From the NCBI GenBank assembly GCA_051546255.1, contig CP128820.1, forward strand, positions 248,001 to 312,000: a DNA stretch of 64,000 nucleotides, in the 5' to 3' direction. The stretch is from Meyerozyma guilliermondii. Lineage: Eukaryota. The position numbers and the translations under genes are program-made. The stretch's first letter is position 1; each line of letters begins with the position of its first letter. Of this stretch, positions 33,001 through 43,380 are shown piece by piece. The notes beneath the pieces are model-generated. The model was given only the letters and a program-made list of their open reading frames with translations. It searched no databases and was not told where the DNA came from.

Positions 33001-34876
33001 CGGTTCTCAAAAAAGTCGTGATGACTGTGAGGCCATGATTTTGAGGCAACTTGAAATTCTTCATGGAAGAGAAAATTGGAGGCCCGAACCACACCAGTGG
33101 GGACCTAAGTACATTCCTGATGAGGTACAGGCACCAGGCATTGAGTGGAAAAAGGACATGGAGATGATGCACATACGAGCTAAGCAAGCAAGAAGGCGGC
33201 GTATCAATCAAGCGAGAATCCAAATGTTCGAGGAGAAGCTTAATGCGGCTATAGGCATGGATGTCCCATTGCTATTAGAAGATTCACCACTCATCAAGAC
33301 CGAAGTCAGACCTTCTACTTCTTTTAAATTCACACTTTTGACGATTGGATCGAGAGGTGATGTTCAGCCGTATTTGGCTCTAGCGAAGGGTCTTCAAGAA
33401 GAAGGACACGATGTAACAATTGCAACTCACTCAGAATTCAAAGAATGGATTGAGGGACACAATGTGAAATTTCGTGAAATTGCTGGTAATCCGACAGAAC
33501 TTATGGCTTTAATGGTAAGACACGGTTCTATGTCTGTGACGTTTATCAAAGAGGCTAGTTCCAAGTTTCGCTCTTGGATAACGGAGCTTTTGTCTTCTAG
33601 TTGGGACGCTTGTCAAGGAACCGACATCTTGATTGAAAGTCCAAGCGCTATGGGAGGAGTTCATATTGCTGAAGCCCTTGGAATTCCATATATGAGAGCT
33701 TTCACAATGCCATGGACAAGAACGAGAGCCTATCCTCACGCATTTATTGTTCCAGACCAAAAGAAGGGTGGCTCTTACAACTACTTGACTCACGTTATGT
33801 TCGAAACCCTTTTTTGGAAAGGGATATCTGGTCAAGTGAACAGATGGCGCCAGAATGAGTTGGGATTACCACGCACAAGTTTACTCAAATTACAGCAAAC
33901 CAAGATCCCGTTCCTATACAATATCTCCCCCTCGATATTTCCTCCATCTGTCGATTTCCCAGATTGGGTCAAAGTGACAGGATATTGGTTCTTGAATGAG
34001 GGAGGTAGTAACTTTAATCCTCCTCCAGAGCTTCTAGAGTTTTTGAGTCTCGCCAAGGAAAACGGAAAGAAGGTGGTGTATATTGGATTTGGATCTATTG
34101 TGGTGAAGAACGCAAAGAGTTTGACTAAGGCTATTGTGGAAGCGGTTCAAGAGGCTGACATCTACTGTATTTTGAACAAAGGATGGTCTGATCGACTTCT
34201 GGATTCTGATGATAAAGCTGAAAAAGAGAAACCTGAGATTGACTTACCCCCAGAAGTATTCAATTCTGGAGCGGTTCCCCATGACTGGCTCTTCCCGCGT
34301 ATCGATGCGGCCGTCCATCATGGAGGCTCGGGTACCACGGGCGCAACACTTCGAGCTGGGCTTCCCACAATTATCAAGCCGTTCTTTGGAGATCAGTTCT
34401 TCTATGCTTCTCGAGTGGAACAAATGGGAGTAGGGCTTTCCTTGAAAAAGCTCAATTCTAAATCACTCACAAAAGCATTGAACACAGTGACTTCTGATTT
34501 CAAAATGATCGAAAAGTGTCGAAGTATCAGCGAAAGAATCAACCATGAAGATGGTGTATCTGCGGCCCTTGAAGCTATCTACTCCGAATTGGAGTATGCC
34601 AAGCATCTCAGTATCTCAAGAAGAGCTCTGGGCTACGAAGCTTCGGGCCTGCAGACTCCTGTTGTTTACGAGCAGAGTGACGAAAGTGACGAGAGTGGAT
34701 ATGACGATGAAGATGAAAGCGAAGAAACTGAGACGGATGAGGAGAGTACAGATAACGAAGATATTACTGAGATCGAAAATGTTCCACATCTTGACTACGT
34801 GCAAAACCATAGAAAAAGTCTGGAGAGTAGTTCAGAGGAAGATGTGGCTATAGCGACAACGACAACTAACGACTAA
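30077..34876 (+). CDS. ATG26: Sterol 3-beta-glucosyltransferase (PH/GRAM + UGT domains)
   Basis: LTIGSRGDVQPY, ILIESPSAM, FTMPWTRT, YIGFGSIV, HHGGSGTT and PFFGDQ motifs; GRAM-like segments. Confidence 0.96.
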   Translation: MADNEPAMATKQHNAELLPPTRTTSEPPLYKRLGNMVIPPLQSSFSFLSPGGTSEEDEFPFEDSNNSTPREDEDDKATGFGELKPLNQFFNMLTATLVQSGHCFLKQLRSGAGLPEPGLHRARSPLLAYGVFDYESDEDTESDTADDSLVKENGPQNDSKVTIVKDADSELKPMEEPAPRISTSDTRSSYNEDLHSDTSADTFHDAALRRLGLLDFEKVAPTAEFETIQENSFESSALDDTLDQRDSKLSVFQQSILDNLDPQLIHEGVLIVHNEKKDHLTTENKDSELYKRKVRDLRLKIADKLTLVFQLKDNEYFCGNYNAWLAKDVLLQGHIYLTHKNLLFFSFLPKRYLHDNMTDSDGFQLVDDSDDVVQAGTLSMRNPNFTDQILSGPMAHRFWVILRLETLSVYSSAVDLYFPTVVIDLKDCIHAEIEDLKANREMGITSPRCGFGKYSETATPRSYDSTVDEESDISSFVAQDQKPEENPLTGGVWIRLQTKKRTFRFCADNQFSARKWVNNITKVVFLLQNSNARNEVLFKVPIQLIDRIEKNILFDVANNSETDEEPTISVTIIYTVNQKRLLTTRMKERLSKQSKGDDEQTVNSNQRKIHLLFFQHGAKFMEAISCFMLADQDATSDVQTMFSRGSDPSLKISMESESIINRAKTPKRKVLRVDSRSDQSISTLCDNDTNQLLEQLFVGSYGSTPTLTPTETNNELSTIKKIGKSLASPSRLFSRSRSSSFADEKRLEFVESGGLDVAWQLPRKLSLTGLKNINFSFEASQKQVSEAAARYNELSDAETPDEYVKSKSEILSSHTAMPTPLNFGEASEYEQAMPKKLLGLKTFSKSIKAISGMSGIWSSNPTHYEKKDNEDPYYEKDSSFREISNKNFLNHFSFNMEKRLVASYTTHLQRSLPVYGKLYLGDSDLCFRSLLPGVSTKMILPLKDLENCYKEKGIKLKYSGLVLVIRGQDKLLLEFGSQKSRDDCEAMILRQLEILHGRENWRPEPHQWGPKYIPDEVQAPGIEWKKDMEMMHIRAKQARRRRINQARIQMFEEKLNAAIGMDVPLLLEDSPLIKTEVRPSTSFKFTLLTIGSRGDVQPYLALAKGLQEEGHDVTIATHSEFKEWIEGHNVKFREIAGNPTELMALMVRHGSMSVTFIKEASSKFRSWITELLSSSWDACQGTDILIESPSAMGGVHIAEALGIPYMRAFTMPWTRTRAYPHAFIVPDQKKGGSYNYLTHVMFETLFWKGISGQVNRWRQNELGLPRTSLLKLQQTKIPFLYNISPSIFPPSVDFPDWVKVTGYWFLNEGGSNFNPPPELLEFLSLAKENGKKVVYIGFGSIVVKNAKSLTKAIVEAVQEADIYCILNKGWSDRLLDSDDKAEKEKPEIDLPPEVFNSGAVPHDWLFPRIDAAVHHGGSGTTGATLRAGLPTIIKPFFGDQFFYASRVEQMGVGLSLKKLNSKSLTKALNTVTSDFKMIEKCRSISERINHEDGVSAALEAIYSELEYAKHLSISRRALGYEASGLQTPVVYEQSDESDESGYDDEDESEETETDEESTDNEDITEIENVPHLDYVQNHRKSLESSSEEDVAIATTTTND

Positions 34877-34901
34877 TGAATATGATAACTATATACCTTG
34901 T

Positions 34902-34945
34902 AGACTGTGGCGCGTATTGTATGCAGTACCATCTTCAATGAGTCA
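34902..34945. promoter_or_regulatory. MET2 promoter: Met31/Met32-like site and Gcn4 site
   Basis: AGACTGTGGC at 34902-34911 (one mismatch to AAACTGTGGC) and TGAGTCA at 34939-34945, within a 139-bp spacer. Confidence 0.65.
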
Positions 34946-35015
34946 AGAAGCTGAACCGGTTCGCAAGTGAGGCTCACTCTAACCAATTTAAATTTTTGTC
35001 GCAAGATAGTACACG

Positions 35016-36413
35016 ATGGCCAACCCAGTCTATCGAGATATTACTGGTGAGCAGTGTAAAACTAATTCTTATGCCAAATTGGTACCAGGTCAGACAATTG
35101 TTGAAATACCTGAGTACGTTTTAGAATGCGGAGAGACATTGCGGAACTTTCCAGTAGCCTACAAGACTTGGGGTCGCTTAAATAAAGACCAAGACAATGC
35201 TTTTGTGATATGTCATGCCTTGACTGGATCCTCTGATGTTCAGGATTGGTGGGGACCATTATTGGGGACTGGGAAAACTTTTGATCCAAGTCGATTTTTC
35301 ATCATTTGCATTAATTTCTTGGGCTCTCCCTATGGGTCATGCTCACCTGTGTCGATAGACAAGTCTACTGGTAAACCTTATGGGCCATCTTTCCCATTAG
35401 TGACGGCCAAAGATGATTTGGGTATCCAGAAAATGATCTTAGACTCGTTAGGCGTTAAGGGAATAGCATGTGTGATTGGAGGATCTATGGGTGGAATGAT
35501 AGCTCTTGAATACTCAGCAGCTTTCAATGATACCGGCTATGTGAAAACAGTCATTGCTCTTGCGACGGCTGCAAGAGCTTCTGCCTGGTGTATTTCATGG
35601 AATGAGACTCAGCGCCAATGCATATTCAGTGATCCTTACTACGACGATGGATACTACTATGAGAGTGAGCTGGGTCATAAACCTGATAGTGGACTCAGTG
35701 CAGCAAGAATGGCAGCGCTTCTCACTTATAGATCAAGAAACTCGTTCGAAACAAGATTTGGACGGAAATTGCCCACGAATAAGATTCTGGAAGATGCCCA
35801 ACAAGATGGTGTCAGGTTTCCTAAAAATAAAGACGAAGAAAAATGGCTCTTGCACAACGAAGGCTCACGGTTCCAAGATGGCTCGCGTGATAGCTCTGCT
35901 CTGAATTCCAGTGCAAAACTCCAGACTTATTTCACAGCACAGTCATATTTGCGATACCAAGGAAACAAATTCATCAAACGTTTCGACGCAAATTGCTATA
36001 TATCAATCACCAGGAAACTCGATACGCACGATATCACCAGAGGAAGAATTCTGGAATCTGATGAAGACCCTTTGCCCCATTATTTGTCCACATTGACAAG
36101 TCCTCACTTAATCATTGGAATTGAGTCCGATGGTCTTTTCACGTATGGAGAACAACAACTTTTGGGACAGCATATACCGCAGTCTCAATTGGAAAAATTA
36201 GACTCCCCAGAGGGCCATGATGCTTTTTTGCTTGAATTCGAGGTTATCGATAAATATTGCACACAATTTTTACAACTGAAGTTACCCGAGTACTTTGATG
36301 CGAACTCTGGTAAAGTTGAGGTGTTCGAAAACTGGAGTGATTATGTGGCATCCACTGACAATGGAGGCAATTCAGTATTTGGAGAGGCGGAGAAAAATAT
36401 TACGAATTGGTGA
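35016..36413 (+). CDS. MET2: Homoserine O-acetyltransferase
   Basis: CHALTGS, GGSMGG nucleophile elbow, YLRYQG, RFDANCY, SDGLF and GHDAFL. Confidence 0.97.
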   Translation: MANPVYRDITGEQCKTNSYAKLVPGQTIVEIPEYVLECGETLRNFPVAYKTWGRLNKDQDNAFVICHALTGSSDVQDWWGPLLGTGKTFDPSRFFIICINFLGSPYGSCSPVSIDKSTGKPYGPSFPLVTAKDDLGIQKMILDSLGVKGIACVIGGSMGGMIALEYSAAFNDTGYVKTVIALATAARASAWCISWNETQRQCIFSDPYYDDGYYYESELGHKPDSGLSAARMAALLTYRSRNSFETRFGRKLPTNKILEDAQQDGVRFPKNKDEEKWLLHNEGSRFQDGSRDSSALNSSAKLQTYFTAQSYLRYQGNKFIKRFDANCYISITRKLDTHDITRGRILESDEDPLPHYLSTLTSPHLIIGIESDGLFTYGEQQLLGQHIPQSQLEKLDSPEGHDAFLLEFEVIDKYCTQFLQLKLPEYFDANSGKVEVFENWSDYVASTDNGGNSVFGEAEKNITNW

Positions 36414-36437
36414 AAAAAAATAGTAACGTATTAATTC

Positions 36438-36449
36438 ATATATATATAT
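36438..36449. terminator. (AT)6 tract, likely shared 3'-end efficiency element of two convergent genes
   Basis: ATATATATATAT in the 53-bp gap between the MET2 stop and the Zn-cluster gene stop. Confidence 0.45.
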
Positions 36450-36466
36450 CATTTCTTTATGTACAT

Positions 36467-39400
36467 TTAGTTGAAATTTCCATACATCTCGCCCATCGGT
36501 AAGGAGTCGAAAATGTTGAAATTCACAATCTTATCCTTCTCCGACTTTCCGGCTTGAGATGATATCAAACCGTCAAAACCCAAACTTTCGTAGTTCGCTA
36601 GATCGTTATATTCGTTGAATGATCCCATTTCGTCTTCCAAGGGACGTGCGTACTGGCCATTACCACGTTCCCTCGATTGTTCCATATTCTGTAGCCACAC
36701 ATTCTTTTGAGACATCAATTGCAACCACATCTGATCTATTTGCTCACTATCAGGGATGGAATCAGACGAGACGCTTCCTGTAGGGCTATCTCTGCTAAAT
36801 TGAGAGAATTTGTTTTTCAAATCTTCATTTTCTGGTTTTTTCTTTATGTTAGACAAAGTGGATTCCAAGAGGGATATAAGTGAAACTACCATTTCATGGT
36901 CATAAGTAGCTGGTAACGAGCCAGCCGTTCCGTTTCTCATACGATCATGAAATTCCTGGTCCCTAAGAATATCATCCATAAAACCAAAAATCTTGAGCAT
37001 CTTCCAGGCGTAGATATATCTTGTACTCAAATGTGCAATCAAATTGGTAAATCTCTTGAAACAGTCCTCTAGTAAGTTTTTGAGAATCGACAACTTCTGG
37101 TGAAGCCTAATCAAATTAGTCGATTTGTTTTCGTTTTCAGAACTTTGATTGAGCTGTTCGTTAATGGTGATTATACTTGCCAAAGTTCTGATTCTCAATG
37201 ACAATATAATGGTCACTCCTGAATTGACCAATGAAATAAACCCAGGTGTGATTACAATGTCCGTCGATTTTCTGAAAATTGCTGTGTTGCTTGCAGTAAT
37301 ACTGTGATGCAAAGACAACATGTCATGAACTGTAATAAGACAGGCCTTCTTCATATAATAAAATGATAGCCTGATTTCTCCCTTATTCTCAAAGTAAGAT
37401 GACAACCGCAAGTGTATAGTCGAAAGGAAATAGGAGCAAGAAAAGTATATCTTCAACTTCATGACTTTTGAAAATACATCGAGGACGCTTGTGTTATCGT
37501 CAAGGATCTCCAACAACTTTTGGTAGTTGAACGTGGCGTTTTGCTCAAGTATAGACAATTTGGCTGTAAATTCGTGAAGGTGAAGCGTGCCCTTAATACT
37601 CACTATCAGGCCAACGATATCATAAAGTTGCTCCCACATGTAGTCAAAACCATCAAAAGTAGATACAGTCATCTCTTCAATAGCGTCACTCTCGACATTT
37701 CGTACTCCTGGGATGTAATATGGAGCTCTCGTATCAAACATGTTTTTACCCACAGTCAAGGGCGCTCCCAGGAAAAGAGCAGTATTCACATCAAGAACCA
37801 ATAAGTAATACCAAATCTTTCGACGTAAGCTGTTTTCGCGATCATCTACTGGCCCCATTGAAGGATCAGGTTCACGGTTGAGCCCCATCGATTGTGCCAT
37901 CTGTATGACAGCCGTGGTCAATAAAGTCCGATTTCCGAGGTCACTTCCCTGGTCACCAGTCTCAGGGCCGTAGATCTGATATAAGCGTACAAATATAGCC
38001 AATTGAAGTACTGGTATTGATACTGATCCACAGATGTTGAACTGGTTTAAGCAATGATGGGCAATGTTGACGACCTCGGCCTCAACTGGATTTTCTACTA
38101 GAATTTGAGCTTCAGGCAGAATCGGATTTGGAAGACCGTTCACTTTCGCAACGTTGGAGAACAAACTGAGATGGGCAAACCGAAGGATAATCAATACTAA
38201 CCCGATATGAGCAAAGTCAAGTCGGCGCTCAACCCTAATATCATCAATAACCTCTGAATCTTCCGCCTTAGAAGCAAAAATTCTCGTACAATTTTCACGT
38301 AAGACAAGTTCGTCCACAAGCGGAAAAAATGGGTAAACATGTTGGAAATAACGAGATATGAGAGCCCAGAATATCTTCTTCTTGGGTAGTAATCCGCGTA
38401 CCGCTTCGATAATTGCATCTATGTTTGATGTCTCAATGTTACAAAACAGGATTCCTTTTGATACAAGTGCTGGATTCATCTTCTTTGGATTTGTTATCGT
38501 TGCGGAGATTGTTGTGTTCGGGTAGTTTTTGAAAGGTTTTTCGTCTCGTATACCTTCGACTTCTTCAACGCGTTCTCTGAACTCTCGCTCCGTATTGTCA
38601 TATTGTACATTTTCTTCAACCGTGAGAAGTTTCATTTTACGTTGCTGGACGTTTATGAGCTTCATGAACAGCCATATGTGTTTCAAAGGCTGATTGAGTT
38701 GTACATGGGCTACCCAGCTCAAGGGACCAAAGGACTTCCTTGCCTCGCCTCGAACAAACACCAGGTTATACCCATCGTAGAAGTTTATGGTATCGGAGTA
38801 GCTGCCTATTGGATTCTTTCCAAGAACCGATTGAACGTCTGCCATTTGCGAGCTAGTGTGTCCTCGAGAAAACCGGCTTTCCAAACGAGGGAGTCCTTGA
38901 ATGGGTGCCAGGCCATTAAATTGAGAAGAGAATGGCCCTGCAAAAGAGTTACCAAATAAGTTTGCACCTCCAGGAGACCCCTGATTGGTAGGTATAGAGC
39001 CGTTCATGCACCCATTGGCACTGCCGTTCATGAATCGCTGAGGAGCCAGCTCTCTCATATCAGGGGCTCCATTATGTGGACTTGTTCCAAAAGGCTGAGG
39101 TGGTACGGAAGGTATGGAATCAGGTGTTACATTGTTGGAAGAAGATGACCTATGGTGGACATCGCTGTGGGACAGATTGGCCAGTCCAATGGAAGATTCT
39201 AGCATTTGTACCTTATGTTTTAAAAATTCAAGCTCCGAAACCGCATCTGGGGCTTCGGACTGCGGAGCTGGATCTCCATAAACACAGTCCTTGTTTCCAT
39301 ACTTGACACAAGTGGAACACGGATTACCCTTATCGCATCTCACCTTTCGCTTTTTACAAAAGGTACATACGATACTGGGTCTGTTTCTCTTGCGCAGCAT
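36467..39400 (-). CDS. Zn(II)2Cys6 transcription factor, Mrr1-like family
   Basis: RNRPSIVCTFCKKRKVRCDKGNPCSTC zinc cluster, FGPLSW, middle homology region (MAQSMGLNREP...RRKIW) and an acidic C-terminus. Confidence 0.9.
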   Translation of the reverse strand: MLRKRNRPSIVCTFCKKRKVRCDKGNPCSTCVKYGNKDCVYGDPAPQSEAPDAVSELEFLKHKVQMLESSIGLANLSHSDVHHRSSSSNNVTPDSIPSVPPQPFGTSPHNGAPDMRELAPQRFMNGSANGCMNGSIPTNQGSPGGANLFGNSFAGPFSSQFNGLAPIQGLPRLESRFSRGHTSSQMADVQSVLGKNPIGSYSDTINFYDGYNLVFVRGEARKSFGPLSWVAHVQLNQPLKHIWLFMKLINVQQRKMKLLTVEENVQYDNTEREFRERVEEVEGIRDEKPFKNYPNTTISATITNPKKMNPALVSKGILFCNIETSNIDAIIEAVRGLLPKKKIFWALISRYFQHVYPFFPLVDELVLRENCTRIFASKAEDSEVIDDIRVERRLDFAHIGLVLIILRFAHLSLFSNVAKVNGLPNPILPEAQILVENPVEAEVVNIAHHCLNQFNICGSVSIPVLQLAIFVRLYQIYGPETGDQGSDLGNRTLLTTAVIQMAQSMGLNREPDPSMGPVDDRENSLRRKIWYYLLVLDVNTALFLGAPLTVGKNMFDTRAPYYIPGVRNVESDAIEEMTVSTFDGFDYMWEQLYDIVGLIVSIKGTLHLHEFTAKLSILEQNATFNYQKLLEILDDNTSVLDVFSKVMKLKIYFSCSYFLSTIHLRLSSYFENKGEIRLSFYYMKKACLITVHDMLSLHHSITASNTAIFRKSTDIVITPGFISLVNSGVTIILSLRIRTLASIITINEQLNQSSENENKSTNLIRLHQKLSILKNLLEDCFKRFTNLIAHLSTRYIYAWKMLKIFGFMDDILRDQEFHDRMRNGTAGSLPATYDHEMVVSLISLLESTLSNIKKKPENEDLKNKFSQFSRDSPTGSVSSDSIPDSEQIDQMWLQLMSQKNVWLQNMEQSRERGNGQYARPLEDEMGSFNEYNDLANYESLGFDGLISSQAGKSEKDKIVNFNIFDSLPMGEMYGNFN

Positions 39401-39701
39401 GGTGGCGATAAACCTAGTTTCAGCCGCTTGATGCGCAAGGCTATGACAAATTGGTGCACCGGTGCGAAAAAGGAGTAACTACAGGAGAAGGTGAAAAGAG
39501 GCACAAATTGAAGGAAATGAAGCTTTGAGTGTGCTAGGTGAACCATGGTGTCGATGGAAAGTCGTAGTTGCAATTAGCTCCCAAATAGCTTTTTTCTTCT
39601 TCATTGGGTTTAGCCAGTGGTGAATCGTTCCGCATCCGTGCACCAGATTCCTTGCTGCACTCCGCATCAATAACTACGCGATCCTTAATCTGATATTAGA
39701 C

Positions 39702-41669
39702 ATGAATCTTCAGAGCTGGCATCGGGATGATCATGTCCAGACCGCTTTGTTGGCTCGGTACCTCATGTCTCGTGGGTTTGAGAAACAGGGCAGAGAAATA
39801 TATGATACAGTGACAAACCACACTTCAGAAACTGCCAATGGAATCTCTCCAGTGTCAAAATGCATCCAAAACGGAGAGTATTCTACAGTCTTACAATGGC
39901 TCACGGGCACCGGGAATCAAGAGCCGAACCCATTGGGCCATTTAGTGCCTTCTGATGCTCAAGTAGGATCGTATTTGGTACACAGAGCAATCTTTCTTGA
40001 AGCAATTCTTCGTGTCAAACTCCTCAAACAGCACGAAAATCCCTTGGCAATGCTTAACGATGTACTCATTCCACTTAGACACACACTCAACCAATCATCA
40101 GTGTTTCCAACACCTCCGGAAGATGAACAGAAACAACTACTTCAATTGGTTTTGAGCACTGCGGACGAGGTGGTTCATGATATGTTCCATTTGCAAAAGG
40201 TTCCAGAGCCTGTTTCTGTTGCGTTTGCAAATGAATGTTTCGGCAAGATCAGACAAGCTCTCATCAAAGATTTTAAGCTGGCAACGCAAGCCAATTCGTC
40301 GGAAACTTCGTTGACCAAAACTGACCCCTCGAACATAGCTTCGGTGCCTCCGGACTACCTCTTTCGCCTTCTCCAGCATTCATATGCCCACCTTGAGCTC
40401 ATACATCCATTCAGTCTTCCTCCGCGCTTACCCACTGCATCTCCTCGTGAACTCGAACTTCTTCTGCTTCCCATAACAGCGCCTACTTTCGACCCACCTC
40501 CTAAATTTCCAGCTCATCTTCTCCACACCTTGAAACACCATCAAACAAATGAGGTGTGGATCGCCAAGTTCTCTCCTCTGGGCAGATACTTGGTGCTGGG
40601 CCTGGCAGATGGAGTACTCGTGATCTATGATGTGCATAATAAGTTTGAGGTTATTGCTCGGTTGCAGTCAGATCCAACGAAAGATCTGGAAGCCATGGTG
40701 GGCTTTTCCGACAATGCAAACTCGAAGAAAGCAAAAAGCATTATGTACTGCAGCTGGGATCCTACTGAACAATATCTCGTGAGTTCGTCGGTGGATACTA
40801 TCATTCGAGTATGGTGGGTAGGTGGTCTTAATCGCAAGCATAAAACCAGATCTCAAGACGATTTCAAGCTTCGGTGCTGCTTCACAATTGGTCTTAATAT
40901 TAAGGCTTGGACCTGTGAATTCTTACCTGTTCCACATGGTGAAAACCCCACTTTTATTGTCGGATCCATGGATAAAAAACTCAAGGCATATGACATTGAC
41001 GGCCGAGAGCTTTTCGATTTTTTCGGAGACACCGAAGAGGCTGCAAAGCCAGAGAAAGAGGATGGTCCCATAAACAGCTTTCAACGAGTTACTGACCTCG
41101 CTATCACTCCAAACGGCAAAATCCTCATAACGACTAATAACGATAAACGAGTTCATTTCTATAGCATCCCAAGTCTAGTTGATCCTCTAGCGGTGACTAA
41201 ATGCTTGGCGTCCATAAGTCTCGGTGGTCGCCTAACATCATGTTCAATATCCTCCTCCGGCGACTATTTATTATTCAACATCTGTCCCGACGAGCTTCAA
41301 GTTTGGTGCATAGCTCCATTGGCGAAGGGTGAACCTCCGTACTTGGTGAGAAAGTTTTGCGGGTTTTTGCAAGACTCTTTCACAGTCAGGTCTTGCTTTG
41401 GATACACTGTGAAGAATTCAGCAGGCGTTGAAGACGAACAGCTCGCATTGACTGGAAGTAAAGATGGTTACGTTTACATCTGGAAACTTTCATCTGGTGG
41501 TCTAGTAACACGCATTCGAGCACATGAAGGACTAGTCAGTTCTGTTGAGTGGAACCGCTATCATCAAGCAGTCCCTCATGATCCTCGAGATTATGGCAGT
41601 TTGTGGTGTAGCGTCAGCGACGATCACACCGTCAAGATCTGGGGACCACAAGACTTCTACAGTACATAA
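39702..41669 (+). CDS. GID7: WD40 subunit of the GID/CTLH ubiquitin ligase (Gid7/WDR26-like)
   Basis: LisH/CTLH-like N-terminus and WD repeats (NEVWIAKFSP, VRSCFG, GSKDGYVYIW, SDDHTVKIW). Close to PDI1 as in S. cerevisiae. Confidence 0.82.
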   Translation: MNLQSWHRDDHVQTALLARYLMSRGFEKQGREIYDTVTNHTSETANGISPVSKCIQNGEYSTVLQWLTGTGNQEPNPLGHLVPSDAQVGSYLVHRAIFLEAILRVKLLKQHENPLAMLNDVLIPLRHTLNQSSVFPTPPEDEQKQLLQLVLSTADEVVHDMFHLQKVPEPVSVAFANECFGKIRQALIKDFKLATQANSSETSLTKTDPSNIASVPPDYLFRLLQHSYAHLELIHPFSLPPRLPTASPRELELLLLPITAPTFDPPPKFPAHLLHTLKHHQTNEVWIAKFSPLGRYLVLGLADGVLVIYDVHNKFEVIARLQSDPTKDLEAMVGFSDNANSKKAKSIMYCSWDPTEQYLVSSSVDTIIRVWWVGGLNRKHKTRSQDDFKLRCCFTIGLNIKAWTCEFLPVPHGENPTFIVGSMDKKLKAYDIDGRELFDFFGDTEEAAKPEKEDGPINSFQRVTDLAITPNGKILITTNNDKRVHFYSIPSLVDPLAVTKCLASISLGGRLTSCSISSSGDYLLFNICPDELQVWCIAPLAKGEPPYLVRKFCGFLQDSFTVRSCFGYTVKNSAGVEDEQLALTGSKDGYVYIWKLSSGGLVTRIRAHEGLVSSVEWNRYHQAVPHDPRDYGSLWCSVSDDHTVKIWGPQDFYST

Positions 41670-41699
41670 TAATTTCTCATCAATAAACCTATGAAGTTT

Positions 41700-43352
41700 T
41701 TACAACTCGTCGTGGTCGACATCCTTTTCTTCTTGTTCTTCCTTCTTCTCCTCAACCACTTCGTCATCTTCGTCTTCTACAACACCTCCCTTAGCTTCCT
41801 TCAAAGCATGGCCATCCACCTTGTGTCCACCGTTCTCTTTGACAAAATCGATCAAGGCTTCAAGGTTACGAGCACCATTGAAAGTAACTGGGACTCTCAA
41901 TCCGGTCTTCTCGTCAATTTCACCGTTGGCAGGGTACAACAAAATAGTTGGGTAACCTTCGATTGGTACAGGAACATCGACATCATTCTCTGGGTGTTCC
42001 AACTTGGCAATGACGACGTTGGCATCTGGCTTGTTCGAGTCGTAGATGCTGGCCAATTCGTCCCAGGTAGGGGCCAATTGTTTACAGTGACCACACCATT
42101 CGGCGTAATACTTGACAAAGACATCTTTTGATGTGTCCTTGACGATAGATTCGTAGTTGTGGGCCACCAACTTGACAACAGGCTGGGCAGCAACTTCTTC
42201 TTCAGTAGGCAATGGCTGGGATTTGATGATTGGCGACAACTTGCCGGCAACGAAGTCCTCAACAAATTTAGTAATGGCCTTAGCTGAAGGGTTAGGGTTC
42301 TTCTTTTGGTCGAGACCGTACTTCTTGTTGGCTTCCACGTCTTGGATAGCGAACAAGGGAATGGTTTCAGGGTCCATGCTCAAGATCTCGGCATGACGAC
42401 CAAACAAAGTGGCGTCCAATCCAACAAAGTTAAGCTTTCCACGGTACTTCTTACCCAAGTCATTGAAGGTCTTCTCCAAAGCTTCCTTCTGGTCTGGACT
42501 GTTGTAGAAATAGTAGGCGAGAGGGATTGGAGACGTCATGTAGGCCAAGTAGGTTTCACGGTTGATTTCACCAAAGTAAGGAACCTTCTCTGTGGTGATG
42601 AACTTTTCTAAAGCATCCTTGGAGAACTTCTCAGCCAATGGTACTACGTCGTCTGCACCTGGCTGAATCGCAATGTACACGGGAGACTTACTGGCCTTCA
42701 AGCTCTTGAATTTGTCTTGCAAGGCCTTGACAGCGTCGGAGTCCTGAATTGTGAGGAATGTCAACTCCTTTCTGCGAGCCAGAGCCACGTCGAAGTAAGT
42801 GGAATTTTCCTTTTGTTTGCCCTCCTTATAGTCTGCTGGCAAAATCTGGATCACAGCAGGTTTCTTGAGGTCGGCGATGGCAGCAACGGCAGCATCAGCA
42901 GACTCGATGGTTTGAACTGCGGGCTTGGACTGGGCCACCATGTAGTCTACAATACCAGAGGCCTCTCTTGGACCATCATAGTCGTCTGGCTTGTTTTCAG
43001 AGCCACGGATCACCTTCAATGTTGGGTAGCCTCTAATTTCATGTTGCATACACAATTCCTCTTCAACTGTGCAATCCACCTGTGCCAACTTGATATTGGG
43101 GTTGGTTTCGTTGAGCGAGTTGGCAGCCTTGGTAAACTCTGGAGCCAACTGTTTACAGTATCCACACCATGGGGCGAAAAATTCCGCCAAAACCAACGGA
43201 TTGGAATCAATGAAAGATTGGTAATCAGCGGCAGTTAATTTCACCACAGCTGAGTTTGGATCAGCAATGGCATCGCCATCGGATGGGCCAGATGCGGCAG
43301 CGGCAGAAACGAGTGCTGCTAACACGTACGAAGATAATTTCCAAAACTTCAT
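41700..43352 (-). CDS. PDI1: Protein disulfide isomerase
   Basis: Signal peptide, WCGYC and WCGHC thioredoxin motifs, acidic tail and C-terminal HDEL. Confidence 0.97.
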   Translation of the reverse strand: MKFWKLSSYVLAALVSAAAASGPSDGDAIADPNSAVVKLTAADYQSFIDSNPLVLAEFFAPWCGYCKQLAPEFTKAANSLNETNPNIKLAQVDCTVEEELCMQHEIRGYPTLKVIRGSENKPDDYDGPREASGIVDYMVAQSKPAVQTIESADAAVAAIADLKKPAVIQILPADYKEGKQKENSTYFDVALARRKELTFLTIQDSDAVKALQDKFKSLKASKSPVYIAIQPGADDVVPLAEKFSKDALEKFITTEKVPYFGEINRETYLAYMTSPIPLAYYFYNSPDQKEALEKTFNDLGKKYRGKLNFVGLDATLFGRHAEILSMDPETIPLFAIQDVEANKKYGLDQKKNPNPSAKAITKFVEDFVAGKLSPIIKSQPLPTEEEVAAQPVVKLVAHNYESIVKDTSKDVFVKYYAEWCGHCKQLAPTWDELASIYDSNKPDANVVIAKLEHPENDVDVPVPIEGYPTILLYPANGEIDEKTGLRVPVTFNGARNLEALIDFVKENGGHKVDGHALKEAKGGVVEDEDDEVVEEKKEEQEEKDVDHDEL

Positions 43353-43380
43353 TAAATAAGTGGTGAAATATCGGCTACCT

